Positions 62,231-64,000 of a stretch of DNA of 64,000 bases are shown one piece after another. Both the position numbers and the translations under genes were made by a program. This stretch comes from Octopus sinensis (Eukaryota). The DNA is taken from assembly GCF_006345805.1 (NCBI RefSeq), contig NC_043000.1:86242001-86306000 (forward strand), in the 5' to 3' direction. Position 1 is the stretch's first letter. Each line of letters begins with the position of its first letter. The notes below the pieces were generated by a model. That model did not search any database, had not been told where the DNA came from, and saw nothing but the letters and a program-made list of their open reading frames with translations.

Positions 62231-64000
62231 CTTTTACTGTTTGTTCTAAATTATAACATATATAAAAAAATCCTCTATTTCTCTAATATCGAGGTCTCAT
62301 TCTTTTGTTGTTATTATTATTATCATTATTATTATTATTATATGTGTGTGTGTATGTGAGTGTGTGTGTGTATAAGTATGTATGTTTATCTATAGATGTG
62401 TGAGTGAGTGTGAGTATGTTTGTATCTCATTGTCTTGACATTGTGTGATAGCTGTAAATGAATGCCATTCATTTCCAATATTCTATGAAAGTAAGTCTAG
62501 CAATGGAAAAAATTTCCTTGCTTGGAAACAGGTATGGGTTGATGACAGGAATGGCATCTGACTAGAGAAAAATCTGCTTCAATAAATTCTGCCTGACCTA
62601 TGCAAGCATGGAAAAATGGACACTATGATGATGATGATGGTGATGATGATGATGACGACAACAGCGATGACAATGATAGCTTTAATTAGAAGGTAAGTTG
62701 AATGAACAACAATAAAGTGTTAAATGATGTGAGTTGCAGCATTTAAAAAACCATGAGAAGACAGTTCCAAAGGACAATAATCCTTAAAATTTTGAGTACA
62801 TGTATTATATGAAGGAAACTTAGGTTTGGGAAACAAATGATGAGTGGTGTAAGAAATATTTTAGAAGGAAGTTAGGAGTGCAAGTTGTGACTTCTTAGAA
62901 CCAGAGTTCATTAGAGAGGCAATAGATCAGTCAAATAGAACATAATAATAGATGAAGGATAGATAATTCTAGATATGGCAAATTTTATTAATTATAGAAT
63001 TGGCTTTCTTCTGAATGAAAACTGTCAAATTAATGACTGGAGTGATACTCAGGATTTGAGAGCAATATTTCATTAACATATTCAGAGTATTAAGCAACAA
63101 ATTAGAAGACTGTTAGAGTGACAGGAACAACATTTGCAATATTTATCTGAGTTCAAATCCTGCCAAAATCAACTTTGTCTTTTATCTTTTGAGAGGACCA
63201 ATAAATAAAATACTAGTCCAGTACTAGGTTTGTTCTCTGTCTCTCACACTTTCTCTTTCTTTTACTCTCCCATTCTCTTTCTCTTTGAATTGTTCCTATT
63301 ATTCAAAGATTGAGTCCTGTTACATTGCATCGTTCTGATTTTGCCTGAGAACTGCATTAAGGGTAGAGGTGTATATAAAAAACTCAGCCACTTACACCTT
63401 AATTTCATGAGTAGAAATTCAGTTGAATGAACAGCTAAATACTCATCATTCAGACTGATGGTGAATCAGAGTACAAGAGTACTGCACAGAGTACTAAATC
63501 CACAAACTGCCCTCAAATATTCAATTGATTCCCATAAAATTATGGCTCTGGTAAACCCATTTGATATGTAGCCCTAGTAATGGAAGATAATATGAAGTCT
63601 TAATTTTAAAGCGAAAATGAATTTAGGATTGATAAAGTAGAAGTATTATAGTTTTACCAAATAATTCTTGATTTAATTATTTTTACATTAATAATAGAAA
63701 AAGGAAATTATGGGTGAGACAAAATGAGAAATAGGTGTTAAACCATGGGATAGTATAAACTATCTGAAACATAAGTGTAGTATTCTATTGCTAGAATGGT
63801 TCGAGTACCCTATCACAAATAGTTATCTTGTTATGCATCTGGCTGTATTGAGGCGATAAAATTTCCAGTGTAGGTCACTAGAAACTATGTTGATCTGTCA
63901 AGTAATTTTGTGAATTTTAAAAAAGAACAGTGATGGTATAGTATGATACTCCAGAAGTAGTTGGTATATGTTTGTGTATGATGTTATTGCTAAAAAAAAA

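Overview
AT-rich, microsatellite-dense animal DNA. The SINE, LINE and Penelope families look like those I recognise from octopus genomes, so the taxon is an inference. Almost all of the window is intronic or intergenic transposon debris. Only one host coding exon is well supported: a 129-nt ankyrin-repeat exon on the minus strand (37247-37375) with canonical AG/GT ends. The most striking structure is a 2.2-kb near-perfect palindrome (11635-13866; ~1.08-kb arms, 65-bp spacer). It is built from two head-to-head copies of the 3' end of a Penelope-like element, and each arm carries a GIY-YIG endonuclease ORF and a complete minimal type I hammerhead ribozyme motif. Other contents: a two-LTR Gypsy element with a 5-bp TSD, TG..TA termini and an in-frame deletion of protease plus RT; three further Gypsy relics; a second Penelope-like element of a different type; Tc1 and mariner elements; RTE, CR1-like and R4/Dong-like LINE fragments; many tRNA-derived SINEs, including a same-orientation pile-up at 45.1-47.3 kb; an old foldback-like inverted repeat; and a hierarchical GC-rich tandem array. 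Most ORFs in the supplied track are microsatellite or repeat shadows. All alignments and counts were done by eye.
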